A stretch of 26,224 nt of DNA from a virus (IMGVR_UViG_3300032319_000730:1-26224), one strand, 5' to 3'. Positions 1-7,859 are shown, counted from the stretch's first letter. Program-made: numbers and translations. The notes: generated from the letters alone by a model not told the origin.

Positions 1-2
1 GG

Positions 3-167
3 GCTGAAGACAACCGTGGTCAAAGACTTGGTCAATACCTTGTCAACGACTTTTTCTCGCTGGACCCCTCTCAAGCTCAGTTGATTCCGAGGGATGTTGA
101 TCCCTTTTACGACGATAAACGCATTCCGCTGTTTCTCGCATGGTTGGCGGAAATTTGGGACGGTTAA
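3..167 (+). CDS. 5'-truncated hypothetical phage protein (RLGQ...N...DPFYDD type)
   Basis: Open frame from position 3: AEDNRGQRLGQYLVNDFF...DPFYDDKRIPLFLAWLAEIWDG*. The stop TAA (165-167) lies inside the first 75-bp element. Confidence 0.7.
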   Translation, partial: AEDNRGQRLGQYLVNDFFSLDPSQAQLIPRDVDPFYDDKRIPLFLAWLAEIWDG

Positions 168-232
168 CCGTACCTCGGAGGGCGGTCTGCCCCCTTTCGC
201 CGATGGCGAAAATGAGCTATGATTATATCATG
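158..232 (+). promoter_or_regulatory. 75-bp promoter/stem-loop element, copy 1 (putative early promoter, leaderless start)
   Basis: GGACGGTTAACCGTACC...GGGCGGTCTGCCCCC-TTTCGC-17 nt-TATGAT-TATATC-ATG. Aligns without gaps to five other copies. Confidence 0.85.
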
Positions 233-403
233 AAAGTCAAGCCCTACACCCCCACCCCGACCAACATCCCCTACCTTCAGGTCCCTGAGAACCGACTGGA
301 GCTGGCCTACAACTGGTACAGTAAAGATTGGCCACATCCCCTGAACTTTCCTTGCTTTTCTCACTGGATCAACCAGTGTGAAGGCGACGGGAGTGATTAC
401 TGA
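230..403 (+). CDS. small hypothetical protein (57 aa)
   Basis: Starts at the ATG terminating element copy 1: MKVKPYTPTPTNIPYLQVPENRLELAYNWY... Confidence 0.7.
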   Translation: MKVKPYTPTPTNIPYLQVPENRLELAYNWYSKDWPHPLNFPCFSHWINQCEGDGSDY

Positions 404-404
404 A

Positions 405-863
405 ATGACCAAACTGAACGCATACGTGATGGTCGGAGCTCCCGGCTCCGGCAAATCCACTCACGCGCACAAACTCGCTCAAATTGAAAATGCTGTTGTT
501 ATCTCCGGTGACGACATTCGCGCTGAACTCTACGGCTCTGCAGACATCCAGGGGAACTGGGTGGAAATCCAGGACCGAATTGAGGAACTGGTTTCTGAAG
601 CTTGCGGTATGCCCGTTATTCTGGACGGCACTCATTATCGAGCGTCTTACCGGAAAGAAGCTATTGCGCTACTGAAATCATACGGCTACAACAAAATCGA
701 AGCTGTTGTGCTAGAAACTTCTTTGGCAAATTGTCTGACTCGCAATTCTCGGCGCGAGCGCAATGTTCCTGAGCATATTATTCAAATCATGCACCAAAAG
801 CTGCAAGCTTCTTTGAAAACGATCGACCAGGAAGATTGGGACCATATCACTTATGTTTATTAA
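405..863 (+). CDS. P-loop kinase, AAA_33 / polynucleotide 5'-kinase (PseT kinase-like)
   Basis: Walker A GAPGSGKST, ISGDDIRAEL, VILDGTH, lid motif RNSRRERNVPEHII. ATG 405 chosen because it directly follows the stop at 403. Confidence 0.85.
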   Translation: MTKLNAYVMVGAPGSGKSTHAHKLAQIENAVVISGDDIRAELYGSADIQGNWVEIQDRIEELVSEACGMPVILDGTHYRASYRKEAIALLKSYGYNKIEAVVLETSLANCLTRNSRRERNVPEHIIQIMHQKLQASLKTIDQEDWDHITYVY

Positions 864-866
864 ACC

Positions 867-1562
867 ATGCTATTCAACCCACAAATCAGTCCGGGCGACG
901 TAATCGTCGTGGGCGACATACACGGAAGGTTCGACCTTTTCACAGACTTTTTGAACCACGTGCGAGACAGCGAAGCCAGCGTAGTTCTTCTCGGCGACAT
1001 GATTGACCGAGGCCCCCAAGACGTCGAAGTTCTTTGCAGGGTAAAGGAACTTCTTGACGATCCGGAGTCCTGGGGTCTTCATTCTTTCTATGCCCTGATG
1101 GGCAACCACGAGCTTATGATGCTGACTGCTGCAGAAGACTTTTCTGGTCAAAGCATCTATCACTGGGTTGTTAACGGGGGGAATTTAGAAAGACGCCAAG
1201 AAATCTTCGCTCATACCGAGTGGGTGAAAGAACTCCCACTTTACATGACGGTTGAAGATACTATGCTGATTCACGCAGGTTTCTGCCCCGGCCACGACCC
1301 GGCGAAAGCTGTAAAAGAGAAAAAAATTCAAGATCTTCTCTGGATGCGCCAACCGTTTCTCACTCTGGGTCCGGAGTTTGAAAAATGGTCGCCCAATCTG
1401 AAAAGAGTTGTGTTTGGTCACACACCGAAAGGCCCCCTTCCTTACACGATTCCCGGTGGCGGGATTTGCATCGATACTGGTGCTTATTCGACAGGCATTC
1501 TTACTTCTTACAACTTAAACAAAAACACTTTTTGGTCTTACGAGAGTGACACTCATGCTTAA
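867..1562 (+). CDS. PPP-family Ser/Thr phosphatase-like metallophosphoesterase
   Basis: GDIHG, GDMIDRGP, GNHE, HAG, FGHTP and IDTG motifs. Confidence 0.92.
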   Translation: MLFNPQISPGDVIVVGDIHGRFDLFTDFLNHVRDSEASVVLLGDMIDRGPQDVEVLCRVKELLDDPESWGLHSFYALMGNHELMMLTAAEDFSGQSIYHWVVNGGNLERRQEIFAHTEWVKELPLYMTVEDTMLIHAGFCPGHDPAKAVKEKKIQDLLWMRQPFLTLGPEFEKWSPNLKRVVFGHTPKGPLPYTIPGGGICIDTGAYSTGILTSYNLNKNTFWSYESDTHA

Positions 1563-2460
1563 CCGACTTCTTCTAATAGATTGCTCCGCGTTGTTTCACC
1601 GGTCTCGATCAGCGTTGATGCGGAGTTGTGGAGAGTTAACAACTTCTGCGGGAATGCCTGTAACGGGAACAATGTCGTTCCTAAATGCTATGTTTGCCAT
1701 TCTCGGTAAGACGGAGTATGATAGCGTAATTCCTTGCGCAGAGGGCGGAAACAACTGGCGCAAGAAAGAGTCGTCCTCATACAAAGCAAATCGAGACTCT
1801 AGCGATATCGCCCACTATGCCGACCAAAGTCTGCTGTTGGAAGAAGTTCTTCCTACGCTTGGTATGACTGTAGCAAAGGCACCCGGATTTGAAGCCGATG
1901 ACGTAATCGCGCATATCGCACGGCATTCTCCAGCATTTCAGGAGATCCACATTCTGACTTGTGACAAAGACCTTCTCCAGTGCGTATCAAACAAAGTCAA
2001 AGTGTTGCTGTTCTCCTCGACGAAGAAGATGGAGCTTGTCGACATTGATGGCGTAGTTCGCCACTTCGGCGTGTTTCCTTCGGAAGTTCGCTACTTCAAG
2101 GCTCTTGCCGGTGACAGCAGTGATAACGTGGCGGGGATCAAAGGAATCGGCCCGAAGACAGCGGTGAAAATTATCGAGGAAAGCAGGCCGACTGAAATCA
2201 ATCCGGAATTCACCGGTGCTGATCGTATTGTGTTTCATCCGAAAGTTCGAGAGAATGGTGCGACTTTCCTCGCAAACTTGAGACTGGTTTCCCTTGACAT
2301 GGCGATTCCGGATTTTCGCTGGTTTACCAATTCTCCGCCGTCTGCCCAACAAGTTGAAACTTTGTTCGAAGCACTTGAGTTTAAAGCACTTCTGAAGCGA
2401 AAGCAAAAAATCTTCAATGTTTTGCGCTGTCCTGCAACAACTCAGAGTTTGGGCGGTTAA
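1555..2460 (+). CDS. 5'-3' exonuclease / flap endonuclease (Pol I N-terminal-like)
   Basis: LLLIDCS, YKANR, GFEADDVIA, TCDKDLLQ, and helix-3-turn-helix ALAGDSSDNVAGIKGIGPKTA. The stop lies inside element copy 2. Confidence 0.92.
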   Translation: MLNRLLLIDCSALFHRSRSALMRSCGELTTSAGMPVTGTMSFLNAMFAILGKTEYDSVIPCAEGGNNWRKKESSSYKANRDSSDIAHYADQSLLLEEVLPTLGMTVAKAPGFEADDVIAHIARHSPAFQEIHILTCDKDLLQCVSNKVKVLLFSSTKKMELVDIDGVVRHFGVFPSEVRYFKALAGDSSDNVAGIKGIGPKTAVKIIEESRPTEINPEFTGADRIVFHPKVRENGATFLANLRLVSLDMAIPDFRWFTNSPPSAQQVETLFEALEFKALLKRKQKIFNVLRCPATTQSLGG

Positions 2461-2525
2461 CCGTACCTCGGGGGGCGGTTTGCCCCCTTTCCCTTTCGAA
2501 GGAAAAAAGCTATGATTATATCATG
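2451..2525 (+). promoter_or_regulatory. 75-bp promoter/stem-loop element, copy 2
   Basis: GGGCGGTTAACCGTACCTCGGGGGGCGGTTTGCCCCC-TTTCCC-17 nt-TATGAT-TATATC-ATG. Confidence 0.85.
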
Positions 2526-2558
2526 AAAACAAAAACTTCCCCGACACGCCTCCCATGA
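2523..2558 (+). CDS. 11-aa leader mini-ORF (MKTKTSPTRLP)
   Basis: Begins at the element's ATG. Its TGA overlaps the next ATG (ATGA, 2555-2558). Confidence 0.45.
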   Translation: MKTKTSPTRLP

Positions 2559-2755
2559 AAACCTGGCACTACGGATTCATCGACGATCAGCACCCAGCCT
2601 TCGCCGTCTTCCCGGAAGGCGGTATCGTGTTCTCCCTCATCGAAGACGAAGACGGAATCATTTTGGATGGCACGTTCGACGAGTTCGCCGCCTTCGCCAA
2701 CACCGAAGATGCCCAGTTCTACGCCGATATCCTCAACACCTTTCGTGATCGCTGA
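2555..2755 (+). CDS. small acidic hypothetical protein
   Basis: 66-aa ORF MKTWHYGFIDDQHPAF..., in a tightly packed + strand run. Confidence 0.65.
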   Translation: MKTWHYGFIDDQHPAFAVFPEGGIVFSLIEDEDGIILDGTFDEFAAFANTEDAQFYADILNTFRDR

Positions 2756-2765
2756 CGCCATAGAC

Positions 2766-3212
2766 ATGAACTCAATGACTTACACACTTACCGTTACAGA
2801 AGAGCAGGCGAAGGTTATTTCAACCGCTTGCGAACTTCTGGCTCGTATTCAAGGTGGGCAAATCAAAGAAGCATTTGTTCACCTTCCGCTTGACAAGAAT
2901 CTTGATTGGAGCGTCTATCACGAAATTCAAGATAATCTCACTGAGCGGATGCCCGAAATTCTGAAAGGTGGGATTGACGGATGGTGTTCTTCCTTTGGTG
3001 TAGGAAGTTCAGAACTCCCCAAATCTCACGACATCGCCTGGGATCTGTATCAAGTTGTCAGGCACAGACTTTCGTGGGAACGAGCAGTAGAAGATGGTGT
3101 TGTAGAGAGCGTCGACTCTCCCCGCAAATTTCCGGAAATGATGTTTGTTTCTTTTGATGAACCCATGCGGTTTGGAACAGAACCCCTTGCCAAGATTGAG
3201 GTGAACAAATGA
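2766..3212 (+). CDS. hypothetical phage protein
   Basis: Start moved to ATG 2766 (MNSMTYTLTVTEEQAKVISTACELLARIQGGQ...) to avoid overlap with the upstream gene. Confidence 0.75.
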   Translation: MNSMTYTLTVTEEQAKVISTACELLARIQGGQIKEAFVHLPLDKNLDWSVYHEIQDNLTERMPEILKGGIDGWCSSFGVGSSELPKSHDIAWDLYQVVRHRLSWERAVEDGVVESVDSPRKFPEMMFVSFDEPMRFGTEPLAKIEVNK

Positions 3213-3367
3213 CTGAACTGTCCCCTTTCGCAAAAGAACTTCTGACTGATTGTGAAGACATCTCCATAATCTGTAATATCCTACGCACCGTTGCTACATA
3301 CACCTGTGACGAGTTTGATTACATCATGAACGTTGTTTCCGAACTAGAGGCCCTGTCAAATGACTGA
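3209..3367 (+). CDS. small hypothetical protein (52 aa, LSP...LR...ELE family)
   Basis: Read manually: MTELSPFAKELLTDCEDISIICNILRTVATYTCDEFDYIMNVVSELEALSND*. ATGA overlap with the upstream gene. Confidence 0.65.
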   Translation: MTELSPFAKELLTDCEDISIICNILRTVATYTCDEFDYIMNVVSELEALSND

Positions 3368-3629
3368 ACTGTTCCCCACCGAACAAAAACCACCTAGAGT
3401 AATCAAGGTAGCCGACTGTTACTTTTTCCAGTCTTTTGTGATCGAGTTAGTCGATGAGTTAAAAAGAAAAGCGTTTCTGGTAAAAACGGGTCTCGACACC
3501 GTTTCCAAGTCAGATCAATTTACTTACTGCGTCTTGGAGCGACTTGGTTATTTTGAGATTGAAAACTTAGATCCGTATTCCCAAACCGCTGAACTTGAAG
3601 GAGCAAACGCCGGAGGCACTTCCCAATGA
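3360..3629 (+). CDS. hypothetical protein
   Basis: 89-aa ORF overlapping its neighbours at both ends, with GAGG upstream. Confidence 0.65.
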   Translation: MTELFPTEQKPPRVIKVADCYFFQSFVIELVDELKRKAFLVKTGLDTVSKSDQFTYCVLERLGYFEIENLDPYSQTAELEGANAGGTSQ

Positions 3630-3862
3630 CCAATTTCCGCCCTACAACGCTGTCCCCCGAAGCCTTGGTGGCATGGGACGAGGCAGAAGCAAATATCCTA
3701 GCAAGTATGCAAAGGATTCGAGAACTTTCCGCTCCCATACGCAGAGTTGCGGAACCGGGCTTGAAGAAACGGGCGCTGAGGGCACTTGACAGACACGAAA
3801 CCTTTATGTTGGATTCCGACAGGGACATTATCACTCGCGCACTGGAGGCACTTCCCAATGAC
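3612..3862 (+). repeat. 19-bp direct repeat GGAGGCACTTCCCAATGAC (3612-3630 and 3844-3862)
   Basis: Exact match. Each copy contains an SD (GGAGG) plus the next gene's ATG, and the pair brackets gene 3626-3865. Confidence 0.85.
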
Positions 3863-3865
3863 TGA
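3626..3865 (+). CDS. hypothetical protein
   Basis: 79-aa ORF with GGAGG SD and ATGA coupling, ending LEALPND. Confidence 0.7.
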   Translation: MTNFRPTTLSPEALVAWDEAEANILASMQRIRELSAPIRRVAEPGLKKRALRALDRHETFMLDSDRDIITRALEALPND

Positions 3866-3929
3866 CTATCAAGCAACACTTCTCTTTGCTGTTGCGCTTA
3901 TTGCCATCGTCGCGTGGTCCACACGATGA
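3858..3929 (+). CDS. 23-aa single-transmembrane microprotein
   Basis: MTDYQATLLFAVALIAIVAWSTR*. GGAGG SD; fills the gap and couples by ATGA to 3926. Confidence 0.55.
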   Translation: MTDYQATLLFAVALIAIVAWSTR

Positions 3930-4123
3930 CTATACGAGCACAAAAGATTATTGAAGCCACTCTTCCTTACACTCTTCGCCCGAGAGGTGGTATGAGAGAG
4001 AAGGTGGTTGCCGCTGTTCTTCGCGAAGCAGCAGATAGGCTTTGCACTGATTGGGCGGAGTTGAAGCATCCCGCCGATGTTCTTCGAGAAATTGCCGATG
4101 AGGTGGAGGGTTCCAATGGTTGA
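3926..4123 (+). CDS. small helical hypothetical protein (AAVLREAAD...IADEVEG family)
   Basis: ATG 3926; motif shared with the ORFs at 4116 and 7856. Confidence 0.7.
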   Translation: MTIRAQKIIEATLPYTLRPRGGMREKVVAAVLREAADRLCTDWAELKHPADVLREIADEVEGSNG

Positions 4124-4583
4124 GCTTTCCCCCGCCGCACAGGAGGTATTGACTGCCGCAATTTGCGATGGCCCAGAGCTGGAATATCGCATCGCCGCCG
4201 CCCTGCGGGCTGCTGCTTGCTTGGAAGTTTCCAGCAACTTTGATGGGACACTTTACGAGACAGGCGAAGACGAATTCCGTGCTTTCCTGCATGCCGTCTC
4301 CGCCGAGCTGGAGGGTGGTTCAAAAGAAAACGAACGACCGGACCGTTTAATTGCGGGCGATGTTTGGGAATTTGAGTGGGAGGTTCAAGTCAAAGGCAAA
4401 CGCAAACCCCAACCTCAGAAACTTAAGTTCAAAGTCATCGGCTATCATCCGTTCGAGTGCGCTTGGCAGTTGAAGTCTTTGGATGGAGAGCATTACTGCT
4501 ACCTGTTGGAATTCGCCCCGCAGTACGAGGATATGACGTACATCGGCCATCTCGATCAAGACGAGTCGGAGGGTTCCCTGTGA
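4116..4583 (+). CDS. hypothetical protein (LSPAAQ helical N-domain plus beta-rich C-domain)
   Basis: ATG 4116 with GGAGG SD: MVELSPAAQEVLTAA...IAAALRAAA...SAELEGG, then a WEFEWEVQVK...FKVIGY...WQLKS region. Confidence 0.7.
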   Translation: MVELSPAAQEVLTAAICDGPELEYRIAAALRAAACLEVSSNFDGTLYETGEDEFRAFLHAVSAELEGGSKENERPDRLIAGDVWEFEWEVQVKGKRKPQPQKLKFKVIGYHPFECAWQLKSLDGEHYCYLLEFAPQYEDMTYIGHLDQDESEGSL

Positions 4584-4747
4584 AGTTACTTCTCGCACTC
4601 ACAATGCTCTTCACCATCCCTACTGTCACCGCCGCACTTCGCGTTGTGGTTCACAACGGTATCTGCTTTACTAGCCAAGGGCAATATGACGAGTATATGG
4701 GATGGGGCACAAAACAACAACAACTCGAAACTGAGGCAAATCGCTGA
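4580..4747 (+). CDS. small protein with hydrophobic N-terminus
   Basis: GTG 4580 (GTGA overlap, GGAGG upstream): MKLLLALTMLFTIPTVTAALRVVVHNG... Confidence 0.55.
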   Translation: MKLLLALTMLFTIPTVTAALRVVVHNGICFTSQGQYDEYMGWGTKQQQLETEANR

Positions 4748-5239
4748 TTAAGCGCGTAAAGCTTTCCATCCCTTATGTTGTTTTCTGGCACCTGCGGCCA
4801 CCGCGCACATCTTAGACTTTTGCAGACCGTTTTCTCGGCAAAACTTGGCCATGTTACGGATTCTAAAAGTCTGGTCGTCCGGTGAAGTGACAATCCACTC
4901 CTTTTCGGCAACGGTTCTTCCTTCGGCGTCAAACTTCTCTCTTTGAGCTTTGTTTCCTTTAACTCCTATCTGAACCCAGTAATCAGACCCAGGTGGATAC
5001 TTCTCCAAGAGTGCATCCGCACCTTTCTTACCTGCCCACCTAGCCATAGCATTCCGCCAACCTGGACTATTCACATCGCCTAATATCATTTTGAACGCAC
5101 AAAAATCCTCCCAATTTCCTTTTCGTTGCCACTCTGCAAAATGCCACATGGCGTGCTGTTTGGGTGTTAGTTCCACTATATTTGAAGCGTCGTCGCTCCC
5201 GCCTTCGTACTTCGGGGTGATGTGATGTTTGTGAATCAT
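4748..5239 (-). CDS. HNH homing-type endonuclease with C-terminal DNA-binding domain
   Basis: HKHHITPKYEGGSDDASNIVELTPKQHAMWH (HNH) and C-terminal WIVTSPD...NMAKFCRENGL...QHKGWK. The only credible minus-strand gene. Confidence 0.85.
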   Translation of the reverse strand: MIHKHHITPKYEGGSDDASNIVELTPKQHAMWHFAEWQRKGNWEDFCAFKMILGDVNSPGWRNAMARWAGKKGADALLEKYPPGSDYWVQIGVKGNKAQREKFDAEGRTVAEKEWIVTSPDDQTFRIRNMAKFCRENGLQKSKMCAVAAGARKQHKGWKALRA

Positions 5240-5261
5240 ACTTGTCTGTAAGTCTCCAAAG

Positions 5262-5269
5262 TTTTACCC
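5262..5269 (-). promoter_or_regulatory. GGGTAAAA motif (putative late promoter) upstream of the HNH gene
   Basis: TTTTACCC on +, i.e. GGGTAAAA on -, 22 nt before the HNH ATG. Confidence 0.55.
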
Positions 5270-5286
5270 TTACCCAAAGTTACCGA

Positions 5287-5592
5287 ATGATTACTTCTAG
5301 CCGTAAAAAACAAGAAAACCTGAATGGCAACTTCGGTGCCGCTCGCGTCCAAGGTAAACGCGAGAGTCTGGACCTCACGAAAGAAATTCTCTCGCGTGAA
5401 AACCTTCGCATTCCGGATCGCGACGAAGCCTTTACGAAATTGGTTCTTGCCTATAATACAACCACTGACGCTCGCCTGAAAGCTGGACTCTGGGAAATCC
5501 TGCGCAAGCGCAAAGCCACTCTTCAACCTATCGTTGTCAAACATGAACGTCCAGTATCTGAATTCTGGGAGATGGTCCGTGCAGTACGGTAA
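5287..5592 (+). CDS. basic hypothetical protein
   Basis: ATG 5287: MITSSRKKQENLNGNFGAARVQGKRESLDL... Confidence 0.7.
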   Translation: MITSSRKKQENLNGNFGAARVQGKRESLDLTKEILSRENLRIPDRDEAFTKLVLAYNTTTDARLKAGLWEILRKRKATLQPIVVKHERPVSEFWEMVRAVR

Positions 5593-5599
5593 TCCTTTA

Positions 5600-5824
5600 G
5601 TGTATCAATCTTCTCTTCGAGCCGTTGAGGAATCACCAACCAAGGTCACTTACTTGGACGGATTAACTGGAAAGACCGCAGGAAGAGTGGAAAAGTTAGG
5701 GTCGGAAAAGAAATGGTATGTCAGCTCACCCTTCTTCCCCCATGGGCGAATGATGTACCCTGTCAAGTCTAAGTACGAAGGCTTCCTGTTCCTTCTTTCG
5801 TTTCTTTCCGAAGCCAATGCTTAA
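5600..5824 (+). CDS. hypothetical protein
   Basis: Part of ORF 5534-5824. GTG 5600 is the first non-overlapping start; the true start is uncertain. Confidence 0.55.
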   Translation: MYQSSLRAVEESPTKVTYLDGLTGKTAGRVEKLGSEKKWYVSSPFFPHGRMMYPVKSKYEGFLFLLSFLSEANA

Positions 5825-6062
5825 CTCCACCCTTCTCACCTGGTTAATTATCGGGGGAATTTTAACGTATATTGTGGCAATAGACGCCAATGTCTTGATT
5901 TGGCTTGTTCTACAATCCAAACTAACAAATCTTTGGTTTCGCAAACAATGGTTTCTTATTCGGTATAATCCGGATAGTCCGTGGGTTCGATACGAGATTA
6001 AACGGAACGCTGATCGTCAAGCCACCGAGATGCTCAAACACTTTGAAAACAAGGGAAAATAA
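5817..6062 (+). CDS. small membrane protein of a type seen in cyanophages
   Basis: N-terminal TM (LLTWLIIGGILTYIVAID) followed by WFLIRYNPDSPWVRYEI. Confidence 0.7.
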   Translation: MLNSTLLTWLIIGGILTYIVAIDANVLIWLVLQSKLTNLWFRKQWFLIRYNPDSPWVRYEIKRNADRQATEMLKHFENKGK

Positions 6063-6311
6063 ATGGATGCCGATCTCACCATCTTTCTTGAAGAGTCCGA
6101 GGAAATCACTCGATCAGTCACTCTTACAAACGACCAGTGGCTGATTCTTTCGCAGTGCGTTGAATCGTTCACAAGTACGTATCGCAACCAACATTCTCAA
6201 ACTATCGCCACCTACGTCACTCGTGGCCAACTAGCTGAGGCTCAAGCCGAAGCCGTCAAAATGAACGATCTTCTTTCCACACTGGATAATCTTCAAAGCA
6301 AAATTCTATGA
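6063..6311 (+). CDS. hypothetical protein
   Basis: 82-aa ORF abutting both neighbours. Confidence 0.65.
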   Translation: MDADLTIFLEESEEITRSVTLTNDQWLILSQCVESFTSTYRNQHSQTIATYVTRGQLAEAQAEAVKMNDLLSTLDNLQSKIL

Positions 6312-6784
6312 AAAAACCGATCGTCTTTGACATCGACGGGACGCTCACTTCTGAGCGGTACGACGAGAGCAATTTGCGCACACTGAAAGAAAACCCAACC
6401 ATGGTTATTCTTGCTTTGGCGTTGCAAAACCAACAACCCCTACTTATCTCAACTGCCAGACCGGAGTACTTGAGAGAAGACACGGAATACTGGCTTTCCT
6501 CTCATGGTATTGTTCCCGACAGAATCTACATGCGCCCCAACGAACTTCAAGGAGTTGCGGACTATTTGATTAAAGCAGAACACTTAGATGATATTTTGGA
6601 AAGTTACGGGCCACCGCAAGCCTGGGTCGACGACCACGACGAAAATTGCGAAATGTTGAGAAAAAGGGGAATTCCGGTTATTCATGTGAAACAATTATTT
6701 TCTATGGAACAACAGGATTGGGCGGTTTCCCGTACCTCGAAGGGCGGTTTGCCCCCTTTCGCCGGAGGCGAAAATGAGCTATGA
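6308..6784 (+). CDS. HAD-family phosphatase, PNKP/PseT 3'-phosphatase-like
   Basis: IVFDIDGTL, STARPE, IYMRP, K, WVDD motifs. The C-terminus reads through element copy 3. Confidence 0.85.
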   Translation: MKKPIVFDIDGTLTSERYDESNLRTLKENPTMVILALALQNQQPLLISTARPEYLREDTEYWLSSHGIVPDRIYMRPNELQGVADYLIKAEHLDDILESYGPPQAWVDDHDENCEMLRKRGIPVIHVKQLFSMEQQDWAVSRTSKGGLPPFAGGENEL

Positions 6785-6794
6785 TTATATCATG
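6720..6794 (+). promoter_or_regulatory. 75-bp promoter/stem-loop element, copy 3
   Basis: GGGCGGTTTCCCGTACCTCGAAGGGCGGTTTGCCCCC-TTTCGC-17 nt-TATGAT-TATATC-ATG. Confidence 0.85.
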
Positions 6795-7145
6795 GAAAAC
6801 GAAACCGCTGTGACCACTCTCTCCCCCTTTCGTGCGCTGTGCCAAGAGCTGATGGATGCCATCGACTCCGGTATTCCTTGTGGACGCATTAAACAGTCAC
6901 CGCTTGCTGTTCGTGTTGACGCCGCCCTGGCCCAGCCCGAGCCGCAGGGGGCGCCTACGGATGATGAGTTGCATCAGCTTCTCTTTGACGATCATCGCAG
7001 CGCGATTGAGTTTGCTTGCGATTCCGAAGGGGAAGGCAACATCATCATTCGCAACCACATAGCGTTTGCCCGCGCCGTCCTTGCCCGCTACGGCAGCGGT
7101 GCCAGCTTTGAACAAATCGCCGACGTAATTGAGGAGCACCTCTGA
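6792..7145 (+). CDS. hypothetical protein (FRALC...PTDDEL...FARAVLARYG type), apparently chimeric C-terminus
   Basis: Starts at the element ATG (MENETAVTTLSPFRALCQEL); ends SFEQIADVIEEHL, similar to the next gene. Confidence 0.7.
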   Translation: MENETAVTTLSPFRALCQELMDAIDSGIPCGRIKQSPLAVRVDAALAQPEPQGAPTDDELHQLLFDDHRSAIEFACDSEGEGNIIIRNHIAFARAVLARYGSGASFEQIADVIEEHL

Positions 7146-7567
7146 TGAACCCCGCCATCAAAGCCCAATGGGTTGCAGCCCTTCGCTCTGGTTACTACCA
7201 GCAAAGCAAACACACCCTCCGCTCCGCCGTAGGTTTTTGCTGCCTCGGTGTTTTGTGTGACCTGGCAGTCCAACAAGGTATCGCCAGCTGGAGCGAACCA
7301 GCCGACGAAGACCCCATTGGTGACAAAAACGTTATCCCAGGCGTTCAAGCCTGTATAACAAAAGCAACCGATCTTTACGAAGAAGAGGTAGAAATGGGTA
7401 TCTTGCCTGTGGCCATACAGACATGGGCTTCACTGAATAGAGGTAATCCATGTATTACCTTTCAACCTGATGATGACAAGCAGGGTGACCAACACTTCAC
7501 CTACCTCAATGACATTCTGCACCTTTCTTTTTCCAAAATCGCTGACCTTATCGAAGCGCAATTATGA
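7145..7567 (+). CDS. conserved phage hypothetical protein (WVAALRSG...CCLGVLCDL...SF..IAD.IE family)
   Basis: Recognisable motif pattern; GAGGAG SD; TGATG overlap. Confidence 0.8.
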   Translation: MNPAIKAQWVAALRSGYYQQSKHTLRSAVGFCCLGVLCDLAVQQGIASWSEPADEDPIGDKNVIPGVQACITKATDLYEEEVEMGILPVAIQTWASLNRGNPCITFQPDDDKQGDQHFTYLNDILHLSFSKIADLIEAQL

Positions 7568-7677
7568 CCTACCCAGCTATCATCTTCGCATCAGCGCTGC
7601 TACCTGAATACGGCCCACACATGACTCCACCACCTTTTAACGCCAACGGCACCTGCCCCGAGAGGATTGCACCATGA
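7564..7677 (+). CDS. 37-aa hypothetical protein
   Basis: MTYPAIIFASALLPEYGPHMTPPPFNANGTCPERIAP*, with ATGA overlaps at both ends. Confidence 0.45.
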   Translation: MTYPAIIFASALLPEYGPHMTPPPFNANGTCPERIAP

Positions 7678-7859
7678 TTGTTTGCCTTGATTCCAACAGC
7701 GGACGCATTGGCCGCTTCTTGTGGTTCAACGGCGTTATGCACTCTTTTGAGATACATGGTTCTACCTACAACGGATCAGTGCATAGGGTTTGGCGCGAAG
7801 GCGTGTGTGGGTGGGGGAGTTGCGTTAGCAAGCCTTTTTACTGGAGGACGATTAAGTGA
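7674..7859 (+). CDS. small hypothetical protein
   Basis: 61-aa ORF with GAGG upstream and GTGA overlap with the next gene. Confidence 0.6.
   Translation: MIVCLDSNSGRIGRFLWFNGVMHSFEIHGSTYNGSVHRVWREGVCGWGSCVSKPFYWRTIK

Noticed and set aside
6774-6794. Shared N-terminal peptide MSYDYIM / MSYDEIM / MSHNKVM as a protein motif
   Set aside because: It is the translated -10 region of the element. Copies 2 and 5 lack that upstream ATG, so the conserved start is the terminal ATG.
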